Below are positions 17,823 to 27,124 of a stretch of 49,032 nucleotides of DNA, one piece after another; position 1 is the first letter of the stretch; every line of letters begins with the position of its first letter. The position numbers and the translations under genes are program-made. The DNA is from Candidatus Micrarchaeota archaeon (GTDB taxonomy: Archaea; Iainarchaeota; Iainarchaeia; Iainarchaeales; 1-14-0-10-31-34): the NCBI GenBank assembly GCA_018829335.1, contig JAHJUD010000046.1, forward strand, positions 1 to 49,032, in the 5' to 3' direction. Under the pieces are notes generated by a model that saw only the letters and a list, made by a program, of their open reading frames with translations, was not told where the DNA came from and did not search any database.

Positions 17823-18488
17823 ATGAATTTTGTTTTTTTAGGACAGCAGGGAGCAGGAAAAGGAACTTTTGCACAGCATTTAAGTGAAAAAAAAGGTTTA
17901 ATCCAGATTAGTGCAGGAGATTTATTAAGAGCAGAAGTTAAAGCTGAAACGAATTTAGGAAAAAAAGTTAAAGAAATAATGAATGCAGGAGAACTGGTTT
18001 CAGATGAATTAATTGCAGAAATGATTGAAAAAAGAATTAAAGAAGTAAAAGAAAAAGGATTTATTTTAGACGGTTATCCAAGAACACTAAAACAAGCTGA
18101 ATTATTGGAAGGGATAATGCAAAAACTGAATTTGAAAATTGATGCTGCAGTAAATTTTACTATTGGCGATGCAACTACAATTGAAAGGCTTGGCGGAAGA
18201 AGAACATGCAAGAACTGCAATAAAGTTTATCATATAAAATATTTGCCTCCAAAAATTACAGGAAAATGTGATGCCTGCGGAGGAGAACTAATTACAAGAG
18301 ACGATGACAAGCCTGAAGCAATAAAGAAAAGACTTGAAGCATACAAAAAACAAACAAAACCTTTGATTGATTATTATAAAGAAAAAGGTTTATTGAAAGA
18401 AATTGACGCAGAACCAAAAATAGAAGAAATCAAGCCGGTATTTGACAAAATAATAGAAGAAATTGAAAACAAAAAAATTACTGGTTAA
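17823..18488 (+). CDS. adk: Adenylate kinase (long form with zinc lid)
   Basis: Contains GQQGAGKGT, DGYPRT, and the CKNCNKVYH...CDACGGELITRDDD lid. Confidence 0.9.
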   Translation: MNFVFLGQQGAGKGTFAQHLSEKKGLIQISAGDLLRAEVKAETNLGKKVKEIMNAGELVSDELIAEMIEKRIKEVKEKGFILDGYPRTLKQAELLEGIMQKLNLKIDAAVNFTIGDATTIERLGGRRTCKNCNKVYHIKYLPPKITGKCDACGGELITRDDDKPEAIKKRLEAYKKQTKPLIDYYKEKGLLKEIDAEPKIEEIKPVFDKIIEEIENKKITG

Positions 18489-19020
18489 AGCGATTAATTA
18501 GTTGACTCAACTTTTTATTTATTTCCACTATCATTTTTCTGGTTAAAGCAATTGATTTTAAGGCTTCAGGGGAAATGTCTTTTCTTGATTCAAGAATATC
18601 TATTGAACTTGATTGTCTTATCAAATCAGTTCTTGCTTTCTTTATGGCATTTAAATCAGGTGTGGGAGAATCAAATAAACTTAATACTTTCCTAAAAATC
18701 TGCGAAACATTTTCAGAAATCTGCAACTCTTTTCTAACAATCTGCAAATTTCCTTTAGCAATCTGCAAACGGGTTTTTTCTAACAAAAGCTCACTGGTAA
18801 CTAGATTATTAATCAAGTCTAATTTATGATTTGAATATCTTTTACTTGTATTAGCATTAATTTTTGTAAGAAAATCATTAACAGACATTTTATTTTTTTT
18901 AGAAACCCTTTTCATATTTTCATAAGTTTTTCTAGCACTTTTTCTTAATGCTTTTTGGTAAGCAAGAGTTCCGGGTTTTTTATGAATCATTTTTGCCATA
19001 ACATCACTTAAGTTTATCAA
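18478..19020 (-). CDS. Hypothetical basic, predicted helical protein
   Basis: 180-aa ORF overlapping the nfo stop by 17 nt. No recognisable motif. Confidence 0.5.
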   Translation of the reverse strand: MINLSDVMAKMIHKKPGTLAYQKALRKSARKTYENMKRVSKKNKMSVNDFLTKINANTSKRYSNHKLDLINNLVTSELLLEKTRLQIAKGNLQIVRKELQISENVSQIFRKVLSLFDSPTPDLNAIKKARTDLIRQSSSIDILESRKDISPEALKSIALTRKMIVEINKKLSQLINRFNQ

Positions 19021-19840
19021 AAGTTTTCTTTAAAAGCAAGGCATCTTCCTCTAAATTAGGGCTTTCGCAGATCAGCCAGCCTTTGACTTTAAAGTCTTTC
19101 AATACCTGCAACAAATCTTTGTAATTCATGTCGCTTTCTTTTAGGATTAAATGTTTTCTTTCGCCTTTCTCTGAATAATTTATTCCGCTTAAATGCATGT
19201 GCAGTTCATTTAGAGCTTTTTTTCCTAATTTGTTTTCAACTAAAGAAAGGTTTTCAGTGAATTCTTCTAAAGAATTGTTTTTTCCTGTACTTCGGGCATG
19301 CAAATGAGAAAAATCAATGCAAGGCTGAACTAATTCAAATTCTTCTGATAAAAAAACAATTTCTTCTAAAGAACCCCATTGAGTTGCTTTGCCGGTTGTT
19401 TCAGGCCTAAGCCAGATTTTGATTCCTACATCAATTAATTTTTTTTCGATTTCTTTTATTCCTTCTTTAATTTTTTGAAAAACTTGTTTTGGTTCTTGTT
19501 TCATATAAAATCCTGCATGAAAAGTAACTGATTTGGCTCCGCACAAAAAACCGATTTTAGCTGAAGAAAAAATATAGTTAACTGAAGCATAATATGTTTT
19601 TTTTTCAACTGAATTCAGGTTAATGTAAAAAGGCGCATGAACAGTTAATTCAATTGATTCTTGTGCTGCAATTTTTTTTATTTCCGGAGCTTTTTCTCTT
19701 GAAATATTTATTGAACGCACAAATTCCAGTTCCATGCATCCAAGTTTTAGTTCTTTTAATCTTTTTATTCCGTTTTCTGTTGAACGGTTTTTTGTGCTTA
19801 AAGGAATTCCAGCTGTTCCAAACAATAATTCTTTTGGCAT
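19004..19840 (-). CDS. nfo: Endonuclease IV / AP endonuclease family 2 (TIM barrel)
   Basis: 278 aa with TVHAPFYINL, TFHAGFY, LRPETTGK, DFSHLHA and HMHLSG metal-ligand motifs. Confidence 0.8.
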   Translation of the reverse strand: MPKELLFGTAGIPLSTKNRSTENGIKRLKELKLGCMELEFVRSINISREKAPEIKKIAAQESIELTVHAPFYINLNSVEKKTYYASVNYIFSSAKIGFLCGAKSVTFHAGFYMKQEPKQVFQKIKEGIKEIEKKLIDVGIKIWLRPETTGKATQWGSLEEIVFLSEEFELVQPCIDFSHLHARSTGKNNSLEEFTENLSLVENKLGKKALNELHMHLSGINYSEKGERKHLILKESDMNYKDLLQVLKDFKVKGWLICESPNLEEDALLLKKTFDKLK

Positions 19841-19945
19841 GAAATAAATAAAGAAAGTTAGGTTTTAATTGGTTTTGAATGATAAAATGAATCAGTTCAA
19901 TAAGTTTTAATTGATTTTGAATTTTATTTTGTTGAGTGGCATAAA

Positions 19946-20848
19946 ATGATTGAAGTATTAATTGTCGGAAGCATTGGATTAGACGACATTGAAACACCTT
20001 TTGGAAAAATAATTAACACTTTAGGCGGCTCTGCAGTTTATTCTTCTATTGCTTCATCTTTTTTTGCTCCAACAGGAATTGTAGGAGTAATAGGCGAAGA
20101 TTTTCCAAAAGAACACATGGATTTAATTGAAAGAAGGAGAATTGACACTAAAGGAATAGAAGAATTAGAAGGAAAAACTTTTCGTTGGAGCGGAAAATAC
20201 GAGTTTGACTTGAATACAGCACAAACACTTAAAACAGAATTAAATGTAATAGAAAACTTTAAACCAAAAATTCCAGAAGAATACAAAAACGCAGAATATG
20301 TTTTTTTAGGCAACATTGACCCTGAACTGCAGTTAAGTGTGCTTGAACAAATAAAAAACCCTAAATTAGTTGTAAGCGATACAATGAATTACTGGATTGA
20401 AAGCAAAAGAGAAAAAGTAATGGAAGTAATAAATGCAGTTGACATTGCTTTAATGAATGACAGCGAAGCAAGAGAATTATTTAAGACACCAAATTTAGTT
20501 AAAGCAGCAAAAGAAATACTCAAATTAAATTCAGATTATGCAATAATAAAAAAAGGCGAACACGGCGCAGTAATGTTTACTGACAACAAACATTTTTCTG
20601 TTCCAGGTTATCCTTTAGAAGACATTAAAGATCCTACAGGAGCTGGAGACAGTTTTGCAGGAGCCTTAACAGGATTTCTTGCACAAACAAAAGAATTAAA
20701 TGACTCCAATTTAAGGAAAGCAATGGTTTATGGGTCAGTTTTAGCTTCACTGGAAGTAGAAGGATTAGGAGTAACTAACATGGATTTTATTACTCAATTC
20801 AGGATAAAGGAAAGGTTTGAGGAATTCAAGGAAATCGTAAAGTTTTAA
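19946..20848 (+). CDS. PfkB-family carbohydrate/nucleoside kinase
   Basis: 300 aa with GGSAVY and the DPTGAGDSFAGAL signature. Confidence 0.8.
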   Translation: MIEVLIVGSIGLDDIETPFGKIINTLGGSAVYSSIASSFFAPTGIVGVIGEDFPKEHMDLIERRRIDTKGIEELEGKTFRWSGKYEFDLNTAQTLKTELNVIENFKPKIPEEYKNAEYVFLGNIDPELQLSVLEQIKNPKLVVSDTMNYWIESKREKVMEVINAVDIALMNDSEARELFKTPNLVKAAKEILKLNSDYAIIKKGEHGAVMFTDNKHFSVPGYPLEDIKDPTGAGDSFAGALTGFLAQTKELNDSNLRKAMVYGSVLASLEVEGLGVTNMDFITQFRIKERFEEFKEIVKF

Positions 20849-21211
20849 TTACTCTAATAACCTGTTCATTTTTCTTGCCTTGAGTTTGTTTTTGCCTTGT
20901 AATTTTCCAACAAACTTTCTGTTGATTTCTGACTCCATTTTTTTCAGGCTTGAATCAATTGCCTTAATTAATTTCCAGTCAAAAGCTTTTGAAGACAAAA
21001 CCGTTCCAGAAAAACCCAGAGAAGAACGAACAGAAAACTTTCTTCTTGTTCCTGTTTTCTGGTGTTCTTTCAGCCTTAATTCAATGAATTCAATGTTTTT
21101 TAATTTACGGTTATTTCTTTCACAGAATTTAAGGCAGTCATTAGTGATTAAGTCTTTTTCCAGTGAACCAATTTCCTGAAAACCAGATAACTTTACTTCA
21201 AATTCACTCAT
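20849..21211 (-). CDS. Ribosome hibernation factor (HPF/RaiA, S30AE)-like protein
   Basis: 120 aa. The pattern ...KFSVRSSLGFSGTVLSSKAFDWKLIKAIDSSLKKMESEINRKF resembles the HPF ...a.a...D.y.AID...dKle.q core. Confidence 0.4.
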   Translation of the reverse strand: MSEFEVKLSGFQEIGSLEKDLITNDCLKFCERNNRKLKNIEFIELRLKEHQKTGTRRKFSVRSSLGFSGTVLSSKAFDWKLIKAIDSSLKKMESEINRKFVGKLQGKNKLKARKMNRLLE

Positions 21212-21257
21212 AACACCAACTCCTTTCTCTCAGTAAAAGGAAAAGATTGAACTGTTT

Positions 21258-21737
21258 TTAAATCTTTTTCACAAACCTTGCAGGAATTCCGGCAAAAAAA
21301 GAGTTTTCTGGAACATCAGAGTTAACCAAGCTCATGGATCCAATAACAGAATTGTCTCCTAATTCAACTCCAGCCAAAACAGTAGAGTTTGCGCCTATAA
21401 GAACATTTTTTCCTATTATTACTTTTCCTGTCCTGTATTCTTTTATCAGGAATTCATGTGCAAGAACTGTTGCGCCAAAACCAATAATTGAATTGTCTTT
21501 TATTTCAATTAATTCAGGCCAGAAAAAATCAAGCATTACTAAAGCAGCAACAGAAACATTTTTTCCTATTTTCATTCCTGTCAGACGCAGTAAAAAGCGC
21601 TTTAAAGTAAAAGAAGGAAGATACCTACACAAAAAAATAATGCAGAAATTAAATGCAATCCTAAAAGGATTTCTGATTTGATGCCATTTAGTTAAAGAAT
21701 TAGCTGTCTGAGTTTTAAATGAAGAAAGCTTTCTCAT
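21258..21737 (-). CDS. Left-handed beta-helix (hexapeptide repeat) acetyltransferase
   Basis: IGKNVSVA, IIGFGATVLAHE and IGKNVLIGANSTVLAGVELGDNSVIGSMSLV, with one N-terminal TM-like segment. Confidence 0.75.
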   Translation of the reverse strand: MRKLSSFKTQTANSLTKWHQIRNPFRIAFNFCIIFLCRYLPSFTLKRFLLRLTGMKIGKNVSVAALVMLDFFWPELIEIKDNSIIGFGATVLAHEFLIKEYRTGKVIIGKNVLIGANSTVLAGVELGDNSVIGSMSLVNSDVPENSFFAGIPARFVKKI

Positions 21738-21762
21738 AATAAAAAAAGAGAAAGAAAAGGTT

Positions 21763-21954
21763 TTATTTGCCTTTGTTGAACTCTTTAAGCAAATCCATTA
21801 TAGTGTCAGAAAAACTCTTTTTTTTGTCTTCTTTTTTTACTGTTCTTTTAACTGTTTTCTTTACTGTTGTTTTCTTTGCTTTATTTTTTACTGGATTCTT
21901 TTTTGTTATTACTTTCTTTTTAACTGTTTTCTTTTTTGCTTTTTTCTTTGGCAT
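21763..21954 (-). CDS. 63-aa lysine-rich basic protein (about 45% Lys)
   Basis: MPKKKAKKKTVKKKVITKKNPVKNKAKKTTVKK... with a short helical C-terminus. It lies between ahcY and the acetyltransferase on the same strand. Confidence 0.45.
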   Translation of the reverse strand: MPKKKAKKKTVKKKVITKKNPVKNKAKKTTVKKTVKRTVKKEDKKKSFSDTIMDLLKEFNKGK

Positions 21955-21995
21955 AACATCACCTGTTTTACTAACGCTTTTCTTTTATTTAAATT

Positions 21996-23249
21996 TTATG
22001 TTCCGGTTTCCCATGAAGCAAGATACTTTTTTTGTTCTTCAGTTAAGGAATCAATTTCAATTCCCATTGCGGCAAGCTTTAGTTTAGCAATGTTTTTGTC
22101 AATGTCTTCAGGAACCACATAAACCTTGTTTTCTAGTTTGCCTTTGCTTTTAACTATATATTCAGCGCTTAAAGCCTGGTTAGCAAAACTCATATCCATT
22201 ACATCTGCTGGATGGCCTTCAGCTGCAGCCAAATTAATTAAACGGCCTTCTCCAAGCAAATAAATTTTTTTGTCGTCCTGCAAAACATATTCTTCAACAA
22301 AATCTCGAACTTTTCTTTTGGATTTCTTCATTTTTTCTAATTCAGCAATATTAATTTCAACATTAAAATGGCCAGAATTTGCAATCAAACATTCTGGTTT
22401 CATTAATTCAAAATGCTGTTTGTCTATTACATTAATGTCTCCGGTTAAAGTTACAATCAAATCAGCCTGCTTGCAGGCGTCATTCATTTTTTTTACAATA
22501 AAGCCGTCCATTCTTGCCTCTAAAGCCTTTAAATGATCAACTTCAGTTACAGTAATGTTTGCCCCCATTCCTTTTGCTTTTAATGCAAAACCTCGACCGC
22601 ACCAGCCATAACCTGCAACAACAAGATTTTTTCCTGCCAACAAAATATTTGTTGCTCTGATTATTCCATCTAAAGTGCTTTGACCTGTTCCATATCTATT
22701 ATCAAACATGAATTTTGTTGTAGCGTCGTTTACTGCAATAATAGGATACTTTAATACTTTATCTCGTTCCATTGCTTTAAATCTGATTACTCCTGTAGTG
22801 GTTTCTTCTGTTCCTGCAATCATGCCTTCCAAGCATTCTTTTCTTTTTGAATGAATAGTTGACACTAAATCTGCGCCATCATCCATTGTAATTTGAGGTT
22901 TTGAATCCAAAACAGAATTAATATGTTTATAGTAAACTTCATTGCTTTCTCCTGTAATAGCATAAACATCAATGCCATATTCTTTAACTAAAGCAGCTGC
23001 AACATCATCTTGAGTGCTTAAAGGATTTGAAGCACATAATTTTACTTCTGCTCCGCCTGCTTTTAATGTCCTCATTAAATTTGCTGTTTCTGTTGTAACA
23101 TGAAGGCAACACCCAATCCTTAAACCCTTTAAAGGTTTTTCTTTTTCAAATCTTTCTTTGATTAATCTCAAAACCGGCATGTGTTTTTCTGCCCATTCAA
23201 TTCTCTGCTTTCCTTTTACAGCTAATTTTTCATCTTTAATATCTGGCAT
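21996..23249 (-). CDS. ahcY: S-adenosyl-L-homocysteine hydrolase
   Basis: 417 aa with [34 protein letters not shown] and [10 protein letters not shown]. Confidence 0.92.
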   Translation of the reverse strand: MPDIKDEKLAVKGKQRIEWAEKHMPVLRLIKERFEKEKPLKGLRIGCCLHVTTETANLMRTLKAGGAEVKLCASNPLSTQDDVAAALVKEYGIDVYAITGESNEVYYKHINSVLDSKPQITMDDGADLVSTIHSKRKECLEGMIAGTEETTTGVIRFKAMERDKVLKYPIIAVNDATTKFMFDNRYGTGQSTLDGIIRATNILLAGKNLVVAGYGWCGRGFALKAKGMGANITVTEVDHLKALEARMDGFIVKKMNDACKQADLIVTLTGDINVIDKQHFELMKPECLIANSGHFNVEINIAELEKMKKSKRKVRDFVEEYVLQDDKKIYLLGEGRLINLAAAEGHPADVMDMSFANQALSAEYIVKSKGKLENKVYVVPEDIDKNIAKLKLAAMGIEIDSLTEEQKKYLASWETGT

Positions 23250-23353
23250 TTTAAGTCCTCCTAAAAAAAATAATAAAAAACAAAATGAATAAATTCCATA
23301 AAATTTAATTCAAATAAAAACATTAAAACAGAAAATTTTATTAAACAACTTAT

Positions 23354-24025
23354 TCAGTTTTTTCTGATGAAAATTGCATAAACTACGCCAAAAACAATTA
23401 TTATCAGTCCAACCACAATTGGAATCAATAAATCCGGCTGAGGCTGGTCAATTTGTTTTTTGAGTTTACAGCATTCAGATTCAGGTTCTTCAACACAGCA
23501 GTCTGTAATAGGATTATCTGAAACAGTTACTCCTTTTACTGCTTTAATTGGTTTAGTTGGATCAGTTGGTTTTGAATCAGGGTCAATTATTCCTCTTTTA
23601 ATTAAATCATCTAAATGAATTGTCCAATAAAAAACTTCAAGATAAATTCCTTCAAATGCAATTATAGTTGACATTAAAGGATTCATTTCATTAAAAATCA
23701 ATTCAAGTTTTTCTTGTTGTTGATGTGTTTTCTCTGAATCTGCTACATGATAAGCATCAAAAAATTCATTGTATTCTTTTATGACTTGTTCTTTTAATTC
23801 CTTTAAGTTTTGAAGATTTTTAATAATTGAATCTTGTCTTGCTTTGCATTGGGCTTCATCTTCAAACTGCTGGCAAGCAAAATCATATAATGTTTGTTCT
23901 TCATTATGGGTTATTGCATAATCCATTCTTGTTTTGAATTCTTCTTTACTCCAAGGTTCTGGATCCATTGCATTAACCATTGAAATAAAACAAACCAATG
24001 CCAAAACTAAAAATATTTTTTTCAT
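23354..24025 (-). CDS. Secreted helical protein with C-terminal TM anchor
   Basis: Signal peptide MKKIFLVLALVCFISMVNA and a C-terminal LLIPIVVGLIIIVFGVVYAIFIRKN. An ATGA overlap links it to the upstream 882-aa gene. Confidence 0.65.
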   Translation of the reverse strand: MKKIFLVLALVCFISMVNAMDPEPWSKEEFKTRMDYAITHNEEQTLYDFACQQFEDEAQCKARQDSIIKNLQNLKELKEQVIKEYNEFFDAYHVADSEKTHQQQEKLELIFNEMNPLMSTIIAFEGIYLEVFYWTIHLDDLIKRGIIDPDSKPTDPTKPIKAVKGVTVSDNPITDCCVEEPESECCKLKKQIDQPQPDLLIPIVVGLIIIVFGVVYAIFIRKN

Positions 24026-26670
24026 TTTTTTCTCACCAAAAACAATACAATTAAAACTAAAAATAATAAAACTAAATAATTTGTTTCAGACAAATTTGAA
24101 ACATCTCCTTCATATCCTGTAATTATAACAATTTTTTTAGCGTTATCAGATAAATCATGTTCAAAGGCTACTGGTTCAACTGTTGCTTCAATTTCAAAAA
24201 CTCCTTTATAAGGAACTGCAGGCAGAGTTTGGGTAAAAGTTAAAGTGTCACCTGGAGCAATATTTGTTCCATTTGGCGCATGAAATATTTCAGTTGAATC
24301 CATTGATGAAACAACAAGGAAATTAATGTCTTTTTCAATAATGTCCCCAGTGTTTTTTATTGACAAAGAAAAATCTAATACATCTCCTATATCATAATAT
24401 TCTTTTTCTGGCATAACAGTAAAATTTTCTAGTCTTAAATTATGAGAAAAAGTTTTGAATTGCACATCAAGATTATCCCAAACATAAGGGTGATTAACTG
24501 AAGTATCAATAATATTATAATTTGCGTCTCCATGCAATATTGCAGGATTTCTTAAAATCATTTTAGCGTATTTGTATCCGAATTCTCCTGAAGTAAAAGG
24601 CGGCACAAAATTCTGCTGGGGTTCAAAGTCAATCCTTGCATTTCCTGACTCATTTGTTTCATAAGTTAAATCAAAGAATTCATTGAAATCAAAAGGATTT
24701 CTTAAACGCAAAACAAATTCAATATCTTCATTTGCATTTAAATCAATATTTGAAACATTATAAGAAAGCCAATTCCACCAGCATAAAATATCCCAGCTAG
24801 GATCAGTATAACAGGCATCTCCAAGAATGTCATAAACATTTGGATTCAAAATAGTAATTAATCTGATGTTAGTAATTGGAACATCTTTAGTCATATCAAA
24901 AATCCAGCCATCATATCCTCTAAGCTTTGCATTCATTGCAGCAGCAGTCAAAAACTGATGATAAAAACCTTTAGTAATTGGAAAATCAACAAAAAACAGT
25001 TTTGAGCCGTCTGCGTCAGGAGAAGTTCCAAGATAATGATCTGCATCACTTCCATCAATAACTAAAGTTTCCTGCGCTACATCCCAAGTATAACTAGTAA
25101 TATTTACATCAGCATATAAAATGTCTTTAGGAGTTGCTCCATCCCATGGAATTCCTCTGCTTGAAATAGGCAGTTCAACAGTCCAAGGCTTTAATGGTCT
25201 GACAAAAGGGCTTGAAGGCATAAAAGTGCCATTTTTTTCAACATAAGCATCATGCCCGTCTAATTTCAAAATTTTAGCATACCATCCACTTGTTTTAGTT
25301 GGATCACCATTATGTAATCCTTGATTGGTTCCATCTTGTATTGCTGTTTCATAAAAAGGACCTCTAATAATAGTTCCTCCTGCATCAACAATATTATAAT
25401 AAACATAAACTGCACTGCATCTAAAATCGCCTCCAGTTTTTGCATTAGTTACAGTTCCCCTGAAAACTTTTGAATCACCTAAATTAAATAAAGAAAATTC
25501 AGTCGGATTAAAAAATTTTTTATATTCAAACAAATTAGTGTTATAATAAATGTTTTTGTCTTGAAGAGGACATAAAGTTCCATCAGGACAATCAGGGATT
25601 GCAATAAAATTCGGCGGAGCAGAATATTGTTCAGTTAAAGGATCATAAATTTCACAGTCAGTATGCATTGGCTGATTTGGAGGGGTATTATCATAATGTA
25701 AGAATTCACAGCTTGCCCTAAAAGCACTTTGATAAGCCCAAGGAGGCCTATAATAACAGGTATCACAACCTGATTGATAATGCATTACTCTTTCATAAGG
25801 CCTTTCGGTTGCACAAAACATTTCAACTGATTCAATTTCAACATGATGTCCTAAAGCTGCAACACTTGCATTAATGTCTTTCATATAAACTTCAAAAGTT
25901 ATTGTATTAGTGTCTTCTAAATCACATCTAATTGGTTTAGTTGGATCATAAACATAAGGATTTGCATTTGCAGCTTCAATTCCAGTAACAGGATTAAAAC
26001 AAGTAATTGGATCTAAATAAACTTCAATGTCATTAATTATTGGAATTGGAGGATCAAGGTCTTCTGAAGGCAGATAAACTTCCACATTAGGACTGCCCCC
26101 AGTAATTGGATCTTCTAAATAATATTCCCATTGACCTGAATTCTCAAATTCAACATGAATGGATATTTGTTTTACTTCAAATTCAGTTAAATTTTCTATT
26201 CCATTTGCTTCAATTGGAACCTTCCAGACAAGTTTTCTTCCATAAGAAAAAATTCCTGTTGCAGTAGTATAATCATTGCTTCCGGCTAAACCATCATAAT
26301 TAAATTCAACACAATAATCTGTTGGAGAATGCCCTGTAGTCATACGCCAAGAACAAATTTTGAGTTTAATAGGATTAACTGGCCTGTGTTCTCCTCCATC
26401 ATTAGTTGAAAGGTTTTCTAATTCAAATTCTAATTCAACCACATCATAAGGAGGCCCTGCAGGTTCATTTAATATTTCATGAGAACCATAAGTTCCTGTT
26501 CCCATTGGGCCTTTACTGTAATAAGCATTAACATTATCTGGGCCAGGGCCAGGATTAGGATTAGCAGTAAAAACTTCAGACCAATTCATCTGAACATCAT
26601 ATTCAGCAAAAACATTAACTGAAACAACAAACAGAAAAAAAACTACAAGAAAATATTTTACTGAATTCAT
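24022..26670 (-). CDS. Large secreted surface protein with C-terminal CARDB-like domain and TM anchor
   Basis: 882 aa with an N-terminal signal peptide. It is rich in Trp, Tyr and Cys. The CARDB-like segment is SLSIKNTGDII...APGDTLTF...GVFEIEATVEPVAFEHDLSDN. It ends in LVLLFLVLIVLFLVRKK. Confidence 0.7.
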   Translation of the reverse strand: MNSVKYFLVVFFLFVVSVNVFAEYDVQMNWSEVFTANPNPGPGPDNVNAYYSKGPMGTGTYGSHEILNEPAGPPYDVVELEFELENLSTNDGGEHRPVNPIKLKICSWRMTTGHSPTDYCVEFNYDGLAGSNDYTTATGIFSYGRKLVWKVPIEANGIENLTEFEVKQISIHVEFENSGQWEYYLEDPITGGSPNVEVYLPSEDLDPPIPIINDIEVYLDPITCFNPVTGIEAANANPYVYDPTKPIRCDLEDTNTITFEVYMKDINASVAALGHHVEIESVEMFCATERPYERVMHYQSGCDTCYYRPPWAYQSAFRASCEFLHYDNTPPNQPMHTDCEIYDPLTEQYSAPPNFIAIPDCPDGTLCPLQDKNIYYNTNLFEYKKFFNPTEFSLFNLGDSKVFRGTVTNAKTGGDFRCSAVYVYYNIVDAGGTIIRGPFYETAIQDGTNQGLHNGDPTKTSGWYAKILKLDGHDAYVEKNGTFMPSSPFVRPLKPWTVELPISSRGIPWDGATPKDILYADVNITSYTWDVAQETLVIDGSDADHYLGTSPDADGSKLFFVDFPITKGFYHQFLTAAAMNAKLRGYDGWIFDMTKDVPITNIRLITILNPNVYDILGDACYTDPSWDILCWWNWLSYNVSNIDLNANEDIEFVLRLRNPFDFNEFFDLTYETNESGNARIDFEPQQNFVPPFTSGEFGYKYAKMILRNPAILHGDANYNIIDTSVNHPYVWDNLDVQFKTFSHNLRLENFTVMPEKEYYDIGDVLDFSLSIKNTGDIIEKDINFLVVSSMDSTEIFHAPNGTNIAPGDTLTFTQTLPAVPYKGVFEIEATVEPVAFEHDLSDNAKKIVIITGYEGDVSNLSETNYLVLLFLVLIVLFLVRKK

Positions 26671-26764
26671 TAAAGCATCTAAAAGAATACACTCTATAGG
26701 TTTAAATAATTTACTAAAACAACGTCTAAAACAACATAAAAAAGAAAAAAAAAGAGAAAACGAA

Positions 26765-27124
26765 TTACAATAATTCGTTTTCTAAAGAAGTTAAATCATC
26801 AGAAGAATCATCTAATTCGTCTTCAAACAATGAATCAATTTCGTCGTCTGATTCTTCAACTTCTATGATTTGTTTAACGCATTTATTGTTTGTGCAGCCA
26901 CATTCAAATAAAGGTAATTTCTCGCAATCAGATTTCCCTTTCATCCATTCCTTGTTTACACAGCCATAAGAACAGGTTGGGGCACAGTCGCTGGCGGTTT
27001 CACAAAAAGTTTGCTTTGGTTCAGGAGGCAATGGAGGATTAGGCGGGTTAGGCGGAGTAATGCAGCCGGAAAAAATTAATCCAAGCACTAAAAAACTGCC
27101 TAAAATTAATATTCCGGTTTTCAT
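26765..27124 (-). CDS. Small lipoprotein-like Cys-rich protein with acidic tail
   Basis: Lipobox-like LIFSGC, a PPNPPNPPLPP linker, and a Cys module CETASDC...CSYGC...CTNNKCVK. An ATGA overlap links it to the upstream gene. Confidence 0.65.
   Translation of the reverse strand: MKTGILILGSFLVLGLIFSGCITPPNPPNPPLPPEPKQTFCETASDCAPTCSYGCVNKEWMKGKSDCEKLPLFECGCTNNKCVKQIIEVEESDDEIDSLFEDELDDSSDDLTSLENELL

Noticed and set aside
18700-18790. Five-fold ATCTGCA periodicity inside the 180-aa hypothetical gene
   Set aside because: It is explained by a repeated LQI/CK-type heptad in the coding sequence (LQIAKGNLQIVRKELQIS). It is not an independent DNA element.
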